Shown piece by piece: positions 13,581 to 24,528 of a stretch of DNA of 39,315 nt. The DNA comes from a phage: the sequence record PZ445456.1; one strand, written 5' to 3'. A program made the position numbers and the translations under genes. The first letter of the stretch is position 1; every line of letters begins with the position of its first letter. The notes beneath the pieces were generated by a model that searched no databases, had not been told where the DNA came from, and saw nothing but the letters and a program-made list of their open reading frames with translations.

Positions 13581-13673
13581 ATGATGATTATTCACGAGAT
13601 GGGCCTGTACGATTTGATTTATCGCCTCGCGTTCATGCTGGCAATGGTCTACATTCTGACCCGCAAGGATTAA
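13581..13673 (+). CDS. Small ORF, 30 aa, hydrophobic
   Basis: The product is MMIIHEMGLYDLIYRLAFMLAMVYILTRKD. It fills the gap between gp3.5 and phi3.8, with its stop inside the promoter TAATAG. The RBS is weak. Confidence 0.3.
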   Translation: MMIIHEMGLYDLIYRLAFMLAMVYILTRKD

Positions 13674-13693
13674 TAGAACTCACTATGGGAGGA
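13671..13693 (+). promoter_or_regulatory. Phage RNAP promoter (phi3.8 position)
   Basis: TAATAGAACTCACTATGGGAGGA. The 5' hairpin is GGGAGGACC-gaaa-GGTTTCTCCC. Confidence 0.75.
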
Positions 13694-13744
13694 CCGAAAG
13701 GTTTCTCCCTTTGTTCGCTTAAAATTGTATAAGGAGTAACCACT

Positions 13745-15683
<1,939 letters not shown>

Positions 15684-15691
<8 letters not shown>

Positions 15692-15896
15692 ATTCATCAA
15701 CACTCTTGGTAAGCTGGTAGTTAAAATGTACTTCCGTGAAGCTAAACGTCTGAACGACAAGGCACGTAAGGATGCAGAACAGGCTCAACGCTTGGCGAAA
15801 CATGCACGTCTACTGTCTGAAGATGCAAGTGCTGGCGTTACGTCTGCTGCTAAGATTGCAGCGAAAGCAACCGACCTGAACAAGTTCTTCCTGTGA
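15684..15896 (+). CDS. gp4.3: gp4.3 homolog, 70 aa
   Basis: TAAGGAGA RBS. MFKFI..LG.L.V.MY..EAKRLND.ARK.A.Q...LA is colinear with T7 gp4.3 as recalled. Confidence 0.8.
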
Positions 15897-16075
15897 TGGT
15901 TACGATAACCCTTGTGCTCACTCTGATAACTGTGAGCGGACAAACAATAAGTCAAGTCCCTATCACGGCACCAAAGGCTGAGGCATACGAGATATGCGAA
16001 CAACAAGGGCGCTCGTGGTCTAAGGACTTGATGAAGAACGGCAGGGTTTTCACTGCCAACTACAACTGTATCTAA
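15893..16075 (+). CDS. Hypothetical 60-aa protein with a signal-peptide/TM-like N-terminus
   Basis: Its ATG overlaps the gp4.3 stop (GTGATGG). The N-terminus is MMVTITLVLTLITVSGQ and the mature part contains two Cys. I recognise no homolog. Confidence 0.5.
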   Translation: MMVTITLVLTLITVSGQTISQVPITAPKAEAYEICEQQGRSWSKDLMKNGRVFTANYNCI

Positions 16076-16089
16076 TAGGAGTACACAAC

Positions 16090-16392
16090 ATGGCTATTAA
16101 ATTCCCCGGCAACACAATCCGTCTGTCCGACACCATCGACCAGTATGTTCGTCGAGTGCACATCAACGTTCGAAACGGCAAGGTCACTTTGGTCTACCGC
16201 TGGAAGGACAGTAAGTCCACCAAGGCGCACACACAGCGTGTGACTCTGGATGACACACAGGCAGGTCGTCTGCTGGCCTCCGTTGCCGTAGCCGCTACTG
16301 TGGCTGTAGGTGAAGACAATGTTCGTCAGGTTCTGCTGGGTAAGACCGTAGAGTCTGAGGGCAACATGCTTGCTGACAAGTGTGAAGAATAA
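16090..16392 (+). CDS. Hypothetical 100-aa protein (gene 4.5 region)
   Basis: TAGGAG RBS. Clean ORF with codon usage like its neighbours. I recognise no homolog. Confidence 0.65.
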   Translation: MAIKFPGNTIRLSDTIDQYVRRVHINVRNGKVTLVYRWKDSKSTKAHTQRVTLDDTQAGRLLASVAVAATVAVGEDNVRQVLLGKTVESEGNMLADKCEE

Positions 16393-16394
16393 GA

Positions 16395-16437
16395 GTTAAA
16401 CTAAAGGTCATCTACATGGTGGCCTTCGTGATTAACT
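16395..16437 (+). promoter_or_regulatory. RNase III-type processing hairpin (R4.7 position)
   Basis: GTTAAACTAAAGGTCATCTACATGGTGGCCTTCGTGATTAACT differs from the 9086-9128 copy at only 2 positions. Confidence 0.7.
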
Positions 16438-16449
16438 TTTGTATGAAAT

Positions 16450-16472
16450 CTATTCAACTCACTAATGGGAGA
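16450..16472 (+). promoter_or_regulatory. Phage RNAP promoter (phi4.7 position)
   Basis: CTATTCAACTCACTAATGGGAGA. The upstream half is diverged and the core AACTCACTAATGGGAGA is intact. Confidence 0.65.
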
Positions 16473-16480
16473 ACAACACT

Positions 16481-16897
16481 ATGCGTAATCGTAATGTAAT
16501 CGAAGCTGAAATCGCTAAACTGGAAGCTGAACTGGCAGACGTTAAAGAGTATGAATGTGCTCGTGACTCCGCTGTCCACATCCTGAAGAACTTAGGATGG
16601 ACCCGCAAGTATGGCAAGTGGGTCAAACCAGTAACCAATAGTGGTAGCGTTGGTATGCAGACTTTCGACGCAAACAAGATGACCCACATTAAGGCTGGGG
16701 ACTTCTGCACCTCCACCAGCAACGCAGACATTTGGTATGTCCGTAAGGTCGATGGGACAGACATTTGGTGCTCCCGTGTGACTCGCATTGATGCAATGGG
16801 TACAGTCGCTGGGATTCAGTATCACAAGATGAACCACAAGAACCTGCGTGTGGTTGACCCTAAGAACTTCATGGGCTACCGCAAATCTACATTTTAA
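16481..16897 (+). CDS. gp4.7: gp4.7 homolog, 138 aa
   Basis: MR....VI.AEIAKLEAEL.DVK....R.SAVHILKNLGWT ... MTHIKAGD is colinear with T7 gp4.7 as recalled. Confidence 0.85.
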   Translation: MRNRNVIEAEIAKLEAELADVKEYECARDSAVHILKNLGWTRKYGKWVKPVTNSGSVGMQTFDANKMTHIKAGDFCTSTSNADIWYVRKVDGTDIWCSRVTRIDAMGTVAGIQYHKMNHKNLRVVDPKNFMGYRKSTF

Positions 16898-16909
16898 GGA
16901 GCAAACACA

Positions 16910-19024
16910 ATGTTACTATCCGACATCGAAACAAACGGGTTGCTGCACAACGTTAGTCAATTTCATTGTGCGGTGACTTACGACTACACAACTGACCAGT
17001 ACATCCGTTACCGACCTGATGACTTTGGGGCATACATTGATGCACTCGAAGCCGAGGTTGCTCGTGGTGGTCTCATTGTGTTCCACAACGGTCACAAGTA
17101 TGACGTTCCTGTTATCGAGAAGCTGGCGAAGCTGATTCTGAATCGTGACGTTAAGTTCCCGAAAGAGAACGTCTTGGACACATTGGTGATGTCCCGACTG
17201 ATTTACTCTAACATCAAAGACACTGATGCTGGTCTGCTGCGCTCTGGCAAGCTGCCGGGTAAACGCTTTGGCTCTCACGCTCTTGAGGCATGGGGCTACC
17301 GCTTAGGCGAAATGAAGGGTGAGTACAAGGACGACTTTAAGAAGTCACTGGAAGAGTCTGGTGATGAATACGAAGAGGGGATGGAGTGGCTGTTCTTCAA
17401 CGAAGACATGATGGAGTATAACGTTCAAGACGTTGTAGTTACTAAGGCACTCTTTGAGAAACTGTGTAGTAACACTTTCTATTTCCCGAACGAGACACCC
17501 GCTGGAAGCACAGAAGCAGAACGTTTCTGGAACGGTAGCCTTGAGGCTGTCAAGCTGGAACATGATGCTGCTTGGTTGTTAGCTAAGATGGAACGTAATG
17601 GTTTCCCTATTGACATCAAGTCCTTAGAGAATCTTTACGCTGAACTAGCTGGTCGCCGTGGTGAACTTCTGGTCGAACTGACCAACACTTTCGGTTCATG
17701 GTATCAGGCCAAGGGTGGCGTTGAGGCATTCCGTCATCCGAGAACTGGTAAGCCGCTCACTAAATATCCTCGTGTGAAGTATCCGAAACAGGGTGGCATC
17801 TTTAAGAAGCCAAAGAACAAGAAGCAACGTGAAGGTCTGGAACCTTGTGAACTGGACACTCGTGATTATGTAGAGGGCGCTCCGTATACGCCTGTAGAGC
17901 ACGTTGTGTTTAACCCTGCAAGTCGTGACCACATCACCCGTGTGCTTACCAAAGCTGGATGGGTTCCCGTTGAGTTCACTCCGAGTGGTGCACCAAAGGT
18001 AGACGATGAGGTATTGGAACACGTTAAGGTAGACGACCCGGATGCACAGCGTTGCATTGAGTTGATTAAAGAATACCTTATGATTCAGAAACGTATTGGT
18101 CAGGTTGCTGAAGGTGACAACGGCTGGCTCCGAATGATTGGAGACGATGGTCGTATTCACGGTAGCGTTAACCCGAACGGTGCGGTAACTGGACGTGCAA
18201 CTCATAGTTTCCCTAACGTGGCACAGGTGCCTTCAATCCGTGCTGCATATGGTGAACCTTGCCGTGCTGCTTTCGGTGCCGAGCACAACATGAAAGATGG
18301 TAAGCCAGACCCTTGGATTCAAGTTGGTGTGGATGCATCCGGCCTTGAGCTACGCTGCTTGGGTCACTTCATGTATCGCTATGATGAGGGAGAGTACGTT
18401 GAGACTATCCTCACTGGTGACATCCATACGAAGAACCAATTGGCTGCGGGTCTACCAACTCGTGACAACGCTAAGACGTTTATCTATGGGTTCCTCTATG
18501 GTGCTGGTGCTGCAAAGATTGGACAGATTGTTGGTGGTACTGCCGAAGATGGTAAGCGCCTCATCAAGAACTTCCTTGAGCAAACTCCGGCTATCGCTGC
18601 GTTGCGTGAAGCAATCACAGGTACACTCGTCAAGGACTCTAAGTGGGTTGGCGGTGAACAGAAAGTAACTTGGAAACGCCGTTGGGTTCGTGGCTTGGAT
18701 GGTCGTAAAGTACACGTCCGTAGTCCCCACGCTGCGTTGAACACCTTGTTGCAATCTGCTGGTGCTCTGATTTGTAAACTGTGGATTGTAGAGACTGAGC
18801 GTCTGTTACTGGAAGCTGGCCTGAAGCATGGCTGGGATGGTGACTTTGCGTACATGGCTTGGGTCCACGACGAAATTCAGGTAGCTGCTCGTACACAAGA
18901 GATTGCCGATAAGATTGTCGAGTTGGCACAACAAGCGATGCGTAATGTGGGAGACCACTTTAACTTTAGATGTCAGTTAGATACCGAAGGTAAGACTGGC
19001 GCAAACTGGAAAGATTGTCACTAA
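16910..19024 (+). CDS. gp5: DNA polymerase (gp5), 704 aa
   Basis: Same length as T7 gp5 and colinear with it. Motifs: exo SDIE.N, GLIVFHNGHKYDVP, DASGLELRCL, RDNAKTFIYGFLYGAG, AWVHDEIQV, and the C-terminal NW..CH. Confidence 0.98.
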   Translation: MLLSDIETNGLLHNVSQFHCAVTYDYTTDQYIRYRPDDFGAYIDALEAEVARGGLIVFHNGHKYDVPVIEKLAKLILNRDVKFPKENVLDTLVMSRLIYSNIKDTDAGLLRSGKLPGKRFGSHALEAWGYRLGEMKGEYKDDFKKSLEESGDEYEEGMEWLFFNEDMMEYNVQDVVVTKALFEKLCSNTFYFPNETPAGSTEAERFWNGSLEAVKLEHDAAWLLAKMERNGFPIDIKSLENLYAELAGRRGELLVELTNTFGSWYQAKGGVEAFRHPRTGKPLTKYPRVKYPKQGGIFKKPKNKKQREGLEPCELDTRDYVEGAPYTPVEHVVFNPASRDHITRVLTKAGWVPVEFTPSGAPKVDDEVLEHVKVDDPDAQRCIELIKEYLMIQKRIGQVAEGDNGWLRMIGDDGRIHGSVNPNGAVTGRATHSFPNVAQVPSIRAAYGEPCRAAFGAEHNMKDGKPDPWIQVGVDASGLELRCLGHFMYRYDEGEYVETILTGDIHTKNQLAAGLPTRDNAKTFIYGFLYGAGAAKIGQIVGGTAEDGKRLIKNFLEQTPAIAALREAITGTLVKDSKWVGGEQKVTWKRRWVRGLDGRKVHVRSPHAALNTLLQSAGALICKLWIVETERLLLEAGLKHGWDGDFAYMAWVHDEIQVAARTQEIADKIVELAQQAMRNVGDHFNFRCQLDTEGKTGANWKDCH

Positions 19025-19039
19025 TACAGGAGGCCGCTT

Positions 19040-19267
19040 ATGGCATGGCGATACAGGATTCGGGAAGTCCGAATGACTACAGGTGAGACTTTATATTACC
19101 CGCAGTTCCGTCATGAGTGGTTCCCGTTCTGGTGCCACTTTAAGGACTACCCGGAAGAACGAAGGGTGTCATTCACTTACTACAGTGATGCGCTTGAGTT
19201 CGTCAATGAGTCTAAATCCACTGATGAACCTGAAGTAAAACAGGTTGTCAAGAATCATTATCTTTAA
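19040..19267 (+). CDS. Hypothetical 75-aa protein (occupies the T7 gene 5.3 position)
   Basis: AGGAGG RBS. Trp/Phe/Tyr-rich N-terminal half and acidic C-terminal half. No HNH motif and no recognised homolog. Confidence 0.6.
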   Translation: MAWRYRIREVRMTTGETLYYPQFRHEWFPFWCHFKDYPEERRVSFTYYSDALEFVNESKSTDEPEVKQVVKNHYL

Positions 19268-19278
19268 GGAGAAACATC

Positions 19279-19572
19279 ATGGCTATTACTAAACGTTTTA
19301 AAGTATCGTTCGAAATTACAGTAAAGGTTGACTCTGAGACTGAAGTTATGATTCAGGAACGAATCCTAGACTTGGCTCGCAGTGTTCGTGATGGCGAGAA
19401 AGTTAGCGCACAGGACAAAGAGTTGCTTGTTCAGGCTCTGACTTACGGTGCAGATGGTGCTGTGGCCTTTGCTGTTAAGCAGGGTGTCCGTAATGAAATC
19501 CGTGAGATGGGCATTGAGCACCACGGAGAGGGCATTAAGTTTGCACCAGCAACTATCCGTGAGGTGAAGTAA
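19279..19572 (+). CDS. gp5.5: gp5.5 homolog (H-NS-binding protein), 97 aa
   Basis: MA.TKRFKVSF..T.K..SET......LDLAR.V..GEKV.A...EL.VQALT.G..GA..FAV ... F.PAT.REV is colinear with T7 gp5.5 as recalled. Confidence 0.85.
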   Translation: MAITKRFKVSFEITVKVDSETEVMIQERILDLARSVRDGEKVSAQDKELLVQALTYGADGAVAFAVKQGVRNEIREMGIEHHGEGIKFAPATIREVK

Positions 19573-19781
19573 TGGGTGAATATCTACGTGTACTGGCGGC
19601 TATCAAAAGCTGCCCTAAGACCTTTCAGTCGAACTATGTGCGCAACAATGCGTCACTGGTGGCTGAGGCTGCGAGCCGTGGTCATATCTCTTGCCTATCA
19701 GTCGATGGGCGTAATGCTGGCGCTTGGGAAGTAACAGGCGCTGGTGTCCGATTCCTGAAGAAGATGGGAGGTTGCGTATGA
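19572..19781 (+). CDS. gp5.7: gp5.7 homolog (sigma-S RNAP inhibitor), 69 aa
   Basis: YL.VL.AIKSCPKTFQSNYVRNNASLVAEAASRGHISCL...GRN.GAWE.T..G.RFLK.MGGCV is nearly identical to T7 gp5.7. Confidence 0.92.
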   Translation: MGEYLRVLAAIKSCPKTFQSNYVRNNASLVAEAASRGHISCLSVDGRNAGAWEVTGAGVRFLKKMGGCV

Positions 19782-19957
19782 GTCTGCACACAGACAACGT
19801 TACAGTTACCCGTGAGGCGTGGAATGACATGCAAGCATACATTCAGTCACTTGAGAAAGACCAAGAGTTCCTGAATGCTCTGAGAGCCTGTGGCGTGGAC
19901 AATTGGGATGGTTATTCAGATGCCATCGAGATGGTCTACGGGGAGGATGACTTATGA
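19778..19957 (+). CDS. gp5.9: gp5.9-like protein (RecBCD inhibitor family), 59 aa
   Basis: ATGA overlap with the gp5.7 stop. The N-terminal half ..VTV.REAWNDMQAYIQSLEKD resembles T7 gp5.9 (..VTIPRDVWNDIQGYIDSLERE). The C-terminal half differs. Confidence 0.65.
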   Translation: MSLHTDNVTVTREAWNDMQAYIQSLEKDQEFLNALRACGVDNWDGYSDAIEMVYGEDDL

Positions 19958-20868
19958 GCGCAATTACACTGAAGGAGTTCTACGAGTTACGCCAAGGGAA
20001 ATCCGATAAGGGTGTTCTCGTAATGGATGGCGACTGGCTGGTATTCCAAGCGATGGCAGCAAGTGAAGTCGAGACCGATTGGGGTGACGATGTGTGGACC
20101 TTAGAGTGTGACCACGGGAAAGCGTGGAACATTCTGGTTGACTCTATCAAGTCCTATTCGAGCCGCAAGAAGGCTTGGCGTGATGCACCTATCGTACTGG
20201 CCTTCACTGACGCTGTAAACTGGCGTAAGGAACTGGTGGACCCAACCTATAAGGAGAACCGCAAGGCATCCCGTAAGCCTGTAGGCTACCGTGCGTTCGT
20301 CGAGCGTGTCCAAGCCTTTGAGGACTGGACGTCTATCCTTGAGGACCGACTTGAGGGTGATGACGTAATGGGAATCATCGGGTCTGGTGCTAAACATTTT
20401 GGTTTCAAGAAGGCTGTTCTGGTCTCCTGTGATAAGGACTTTAAGACCATCCCTGATTGTGACTTCTTGTGGTGCACAACTGGTAACATCTTGACTCAAG
20501 ACCGGACCACTGCTGACTACTGGCATATCTATCAGACCATTAAAGGTGACTTGACAGATGGTTATGGTGGCATTCCGGGCTGGGGCGAGACTACCGCTGA
20601 GTGGCTTGAGAACCCGTATGCCTTTGAACAGGTTGAGAAAACCTTTAAGTCTGGTGCCCGTAAGGGTCAGACAGTTCTCGAATGGAAGAAGGTTGACATG
20701 GGTGAGCGGACCCTATGGGAAGCCATTGTGACACTTGGCGCGAAAGCTGGGATGACCGAAGAGGAAATCATTAAGCAGGGCCAGATGGCTCGCATCCTGC
20801 GTTTCGAAGAGTACAACTTTATCGACAAGGAGATTTACCTATGGTCGCCGGAACAGTTGCGTTCGTAA
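19954..20868 (+). CDS. gp6: 5'-3' exonuclease (gp6), 304 aa
   Basis: FYELR.G..DKG.LVMDGDWLVFQAM ... PIVLAFTD.VNWRKELVDP.YK.NRK ... SCDKDFKTIP.CDFLWCTTGNILTQ ... KQGQMARILRF.EYNFIDKEIYLW is colinear with T7 gp6. Confidence 0.96.
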   Translation: MSAITLKEFYELRQGKSDKGVLVMDGDWLVFQAMAASEVETDWGDDVWTLECDHGKAWNILVDSIKSYSSRKKAWRDAPIVLAFTDAVNWRKELVDPTYKENRKASRKPVGYRAFVERVQAFEDWTSILEDRLEGDDVMGIIGSGAKHFGFKKAVLVSCDKDFKTIPDCDFLWCTTGNILTQDRTTADYWHIYQTIKGDLTDGYGGIPGWGETTAEWLENPYAFEQVEKTFKSGARKGQTVLEWKKVDMGERTLWEAIVTLGAKAGMTEEEIIKQGQMARILRFEEYNFIDKEIYLWSPEQLRS

Positions 20869-20927
20869 TGTTCGCAATCATAGCCTTCGCTATGGTGTGG
20901 GCTGCATTTATAGCTAAGAGTGTGTAA
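20868..20927 (+). CDS. Tiny hydrophobic ORF, 19 aa (gene 6.3 position)
   Basis: TAATG overlap with the gp6 stop. The product is MFAIIAFAMVWAAFIAKSV. The call is by position only. Confidence 0.3.
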   Translation: MFAIIAFAMVWAAFIAKSV

Positions 20928-20955
20928 CTCTAGGCATTCTTCTCGACAGTGAAAT

Positions 20956-20978
20956 TAATACGACTCACTATTGAGAGG
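20956..20978 (+). promoter_or_regulatory. Phage RNAP promoter (phi6.5 position)
   Basis: TAATACGACTCACTATTGAGAGG, followed by the leader ACTTTAAGTTCTAACTTTAAGGAG. Confidence 0.85.
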
Positions 20979-21030
20979 GGTGCCTATATGATACCTACTT
21001 TAAGTTCTAACTTTAAGGAGAACATTAATT

Positions 21031-21276
21031 ATGTTAACCCCTATCAAGAAGTATATGGAGAACCCACAAGATATTCCTAATGTTCCTCGGAGTGTTATGG
21101 AGTATCTACAGGTTCAATACAATGCTGGATATGCTATTCAGTCAGGTTTAATCAACCGATTGAAACAGGCTGGATGGTCTGAAAGCTACATTGCTGGGTT
21201 CCTCGCGGGTCTCAACTATGCGTCTCAAACTCTGGACGACATGGAGGCAATCCGTAAGGAACAGGCTGAGTCGTAA
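21031..21276 (+). CDS. gp6.5: gp6.5 homolog, 81 aa
   Basis: MLTPI......NP.DIP.VPR...EYLQV.(F/Y)N ... G(F)(I/L)AGL.YAS...D..E..RKEQ is colinear with T7 gp6.5 as recalled. Confidence 0.85.
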   Translation: MLTPIKKYMENPQDIPNVPRSVMEYLQVQYNAGYAIQSGLINRLKQAGWSESYIAGFLAGLNYASQTLDDMEAIRKEQAES

Positions 21277-21285
21277 GGAGGTCTT

Positions 21286-21561
21286 ATGTGCTTTTCACCA
21301 AAGATTAAGACACCTAAAGTGAACACCGAGCAAATCCGAGCTATCGACCCAGCACCACTGACTGAGGAACCGAAAGGTATTCTCTTTGGTGGTGAAGAGG
21401 ACAACGATAGCGGAACCTCTTCTGAGGTGCCAACGGGTGGCAAGAAGTCCCTGAAGGTGAAACTGGATGACTCCGTTGAGAAGTCCAAGAAGGCAGACTC
21501 CGATGCTGCCAAGAAGAAGTCCAAGTCTGGTATCCGTACCAGTGTCTTTAAGAATAAATAA
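21286..21561 (+). CDS. gp6.7: gp6.7 homolog (virion protein), 91 aa
   Basis: MCFSPKIKTPK..T.QIRA..PAPLT.E ... LKV..DDSV.KSK matches T7 gp6.7. Confidence 0.9.
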   Translation: MCFSPKIKTPKVNTEQIRAIDPAPLTEEPKGILFGGEEDNDSGTSSEVPTGGKKSLKVKLDDSVEKSKKADSDAAKKKSKSGIRTSVFKNK

Positions 21562-21575
21562 CTAGGAGGTATATC

Positions 21576-21917
21576 ATGGGTTGGGGTAAAAAGATTAAGA
21601 AGGCTGTCAAGAAAGTAACCAAGCCTGTAGAGAAAGCTGTTAAGCAGGTCGGTAAGGCTGGTGAAGACATCGTTAAAGGTGCTGCTGGTGTCGTTGGTGG
21701 TGTTCTGTCTGGTGGTAAACCAGATGTTCAAGTCGTTGAGACCCCTGCTGCTGTACAGGCTGCACCTCCGGCTGCACAGATTATCGAGCCACCGAGTAAA
21801 GACGATGTAGACTCCGATGATGATGCACAGACTGAATCCGGCAAGAAGAAAGCTCGTGCTGGTGGTAAGAAGTCTCTGAGTGTCGCTCGTAGTTCTGGCG
21901 GTGGTCTGAATATCTAA
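21576..21917 (+). CDS. gp7.3: gp7.3 homolog (tail/host-range virion protein), 113 aa
   Basis: KK.KKAVKKVTK.V.K ... AQTESG.KKARAGGKKSLSVARSSGGG.NI matches T7 gp7.3. No gene 7 homolog lies between 6.7 and 7.3. Confidence 0.9.
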   Translation: MGWGKKIKKAVKKVTKPVEKAVKQVGKAGEDIVKGAAGVVGGVLSGGKPDVQVVETPAAVQAAPPAAQIIEPPSKDDVDSDDDAQTESGKKKARAGGKKSLSVARSSGGGLNI

Positions 21918-21930
21918 TTAAGGAGGCACT

Positions 21931-23538
21931 ATGGCAAGCTCACAGAAACGTGAAGGCTTCGCGGAGAATGGTGCCAAGGCGGTGTATGACGCATTGAAGA
22001 ACGACCGGAACTCCTATGAGACCCGTGCGGAAAACTGTGCGAAGTACACCATCCCTTCGTTGTTCCCCAAAGACTCCGACAACGCCTCTACTGACTACAC
22101 CACTCCGTGGCAAGCAGTTGGCGCTCGTGGCTTGAACAACTTGGCCTCTAAGCTCATGCTCGCTCTGTTCCCTATGCAGACGTGGATGAAGCTGACAATC
22201 TCTGAGTTCGAAGCGAAACAATTGGTTGCACAACCAGCCGAACTAGCGAAGGTCGAAGAAGGTCTCTCAATGGTCGAGCGAATCTTGATGAACTACATCG
22301 AGTCCAACTCGTACCGTGTGACACTCTTTGAGACCCTCAAGCAGTTGGTCGTTGCAGGTAACGCTCTGCTCTACATTCCTGAACCTGAAGGTGCTTACAA
22401 TCCCATGAAGCTATACCGCCTGTCTTCTTATGTTGTCCAACGAGACGCATTCGGCACGGTGCTACAGATTGTAACCTTAGATAAGACTGCCTATGCAGCA
22501 CTTCCAGAAGACGTGCGAAACGCTATGGACTCCGGTCAGGAACATAAAGGCGACGAAATGATTGATGTGTACACTCACATTTATCTTGACGAAGAAACAG
22601 GAGAATACCTCAAGTACGAAGAGATTGATGGTGTCGAAGTCGAAGGTACAGATGCTTCTTATCCGGTGGACGCTTGTCCTTATATCCCGGTTCGCATGGT
22701 ACGCATTGATGGAGAATCATATGGTCGCTCTTACTGTGAGGAATACTTAGGTGACTTACGGTCCCTTGAGAACCTCCAAGAAGCTATCGTTAAGATGTCA
22801 ATGATTAGTGCAAAAGTTATCGGCTTGGTTAACCCTGCTGGTATCACACAGGTTCGTCGTTTGACCAAAGCACAGACAGGTGACTTCGTGTCCGGTCGTC
22901 CAGAAGACATCTCGTTCCTTCAGCTTGAAAAGGCCGCAGACTTCTCTGTAGCGAAAGCTGTGAGTGAACAGATTGAGGGCCGACTGTCCTATGCCTTTAT
23001 GCTTAACTCCGCTGTTCAACGTACTGGTGAGCGTGTGACTGCCGAAGAGATTCGATATGTCGCATCTGAACTCGAAGATACCCTTGGTGGTGTCTATTCG
23101 ATTCTCTCACAGGAACTTCAGTTGCCAATGGTTCGTGTCCTGCTGAAGCAACTTCAAGCGACCAATCAGATTCCTGAGTTACCGAAAGAGGCCGTTGAGC
23201 CTACTATCAGTACCGGGATGGAAGCATTGGGTCGTGGTCAAGACCTCGATAAGCTGGAACGCTGTATTGCTGCGTGGTCTGCGCTGGCTCCTATGCAGGG
23301 AGACCCGGACATCAACATTGCGACCATTAAGTTGCGCATTGCGAACGCTATCGGCATCGACACTTCTGGTATCCTCAAGACACCTGAAGAGAAACAACAG
23401 GAGATGGCTGAGGCTGCTCAAGGTACTGCACTGGAGAACGCTGCTGCATCTGCTGGTGCTGGTGCTGGTGCACTTGCTACTGCAAGCCCTGAGAACATGC
23501 AAGCTGCTGCTGAACAGGCTGGAATGGTTCCAAATTAA
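21931..23538 (+). CDS. gp8: Portal (head-tail connector) protein (gp8), 535 aa
   Basis: Size and position match the T7 gp8 portal. AAGGAGG RBS. The stop lies inside the phi9 promoter TAATAC. Confidence 0.95.
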   Translation: MASSQKREGFAENGAKAVYDALKNDRNSYETRAENCAKYTIPSLFPKDSDNASTDYTTPWQAVGARGLNNLASKLMLALFPMQTWMKLTISEFEAKQLVAQPAELAKVEEGLSMVERILMNYIESNSYRVTLFETLKQLVVAGNALLYIPEPEGAYNPMKLYRLSSYVVQRDAFGTVLQIVTLDKTAYAALPEDVRNAMDSGQEHKGDEMIDVYTHIYLDEETGEYLKYEEIDGVEVEGTDASYPVDACPYIPVRMVRIDGESYGRSYCEEYLGDLRSLENLQEAIVKMSMISAKVIGLVNPAGITQVRRLTKAQTGDFVSGRPEDISFLQLEKAADFSVAKAVSEQIEGRLSYAFMLNSAVQRTGERVTAEEIRYVASELEDTLGGVYSILSQELQLPMVRVLLKQLQATNQIPELPKEAVEPTISTGMEALGRGQDLDKLERCIAAWSALAPMQGDPDINIATIKLRIANAIGIDTSGILKTPEEKQQEMAEAAQGTALENAAASAGAGAGALATASPENMQAAAEQAGMVPN

Positions 23539-23558
23539 TACGACTCACTAATGGGAGA
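23536..23558 (+). promoter_or_regulatory. Phage RNAP promoter (phi9 position)
   Basis: TAATACGACTCACTAATGGGAGA. Confidence 0.9.
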
Positions 23559-23614
23559 GACAATACGTCCTCCCTTTGAGTTCAACTTTATGAAATCTAA
23601 AGGAGATAACAATT

Positions 23615-24526
23615 ATGGCTGGTGAATCTAACGCTGACGTATACGCATCTTTTGGTGTGAACTCTGCGGTTGTTGGTGGGTCTACTCCTACTGAACACGA
23701 ACAGGCTATGCTTGAACTCGATGTTTCTGCCCGTGACGGCGATGATGCAATCGAGCTAGTTAGCAACGATGACCCTTATGGCAATCCAGACCCATTCGGT
23801 GAAGAGGATGAGAGTCGTACTGAGATTCGCATCTCCACTGATGGTGAACCTGAAGTAACCGAAGAAGGTGAAATCGACTATGAAGGAACCGAAGATGAAG
23901 GCTCCGAAGAGTTTGAACCAGTTGGTGACGTTCCAGATGAACTGAACGAAGCCTCAAGTCAACTCGAAGAGCACGAAGCTGGTTTCGAAGAGATGGTCAA
24001 TCAGGCTGCTGAACGTGGTCTGTCAGAAGAAACCATCGTGCGCATCCAACAGGAATACGGAGAGGACGGTCTGTCTGAAGAGTCTTACGAAGAGTTAGCC
24101 AAAGCTGGTTACTCCAAGTCGTTTGTTGACTCCTACATCCGTGGTCAGGAAGCACTGGTAGAACAGTATGTTCAGTCCGTTATGGAGTACGCTGGCGGTG
24201 AAGCACAGTTCCAAGCAATCTACAATCATCTCGAAGTGTCCAACCCGGATGCTGCTGAGTCTCTGATTAGTGCATTGGAGAACCGTGACCTCGCAACAGT
24301 TAAAGCTATCGTGAATCTCGCTGGTGCAAGCCGTGCGAAGACTTTCGGTAAACCTGCTGCCCGTAGTATCTCTAAACGTGCTGTACCTGCTGCGCCTGTA
24401 CGTGCCAAACAGTCTGGCTTTGAGTCACAGGCTGAGATGATTGCTGCAATGTCTGACCCTCGCTATCGCCACGACAGTAAGTTCCGTGCGGAAGTTGAGC
24501 GTAAGATGATGTACAGTCAGTTCTAA
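23615..24526 (+). CDS. gp9: Capsid assembly (scaffolding) protein (gp9), 303 aa
   Basis: Very acidic and low-complexity, lying between portal and major capsid. AAGGAGA RBS. Length is close to T7 gp9 (307 aa). Confidence 0.9.
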   Translation: MAGESNADVYASFGVNSAVVGGSTPTEHEQAMLELDVSARDGDDAIELVSNDDPYGNPDPFGEEDESRTEIRISTDGEPEVTEEGEIDYEGTEDEGSEEFEPVGDVPDELNEASSQLEEHEAGFEEMVNQAAERGLSEETIVRIQQEYGEDGLSEESYEELAKAGYSKSFVDSYIRGQEALVEQYVQSVMEYAGGEAQFQAIYNHLEVSNPDAAESLISALENRDLATVKAIVNLAGASRAKTFGKPAARSISKRAVPAAPVRAKQSGFESQAEMIAAMSDPRYRHDSKFRAEVERKMMYSQF

Positions 24527-24528
24527 AT

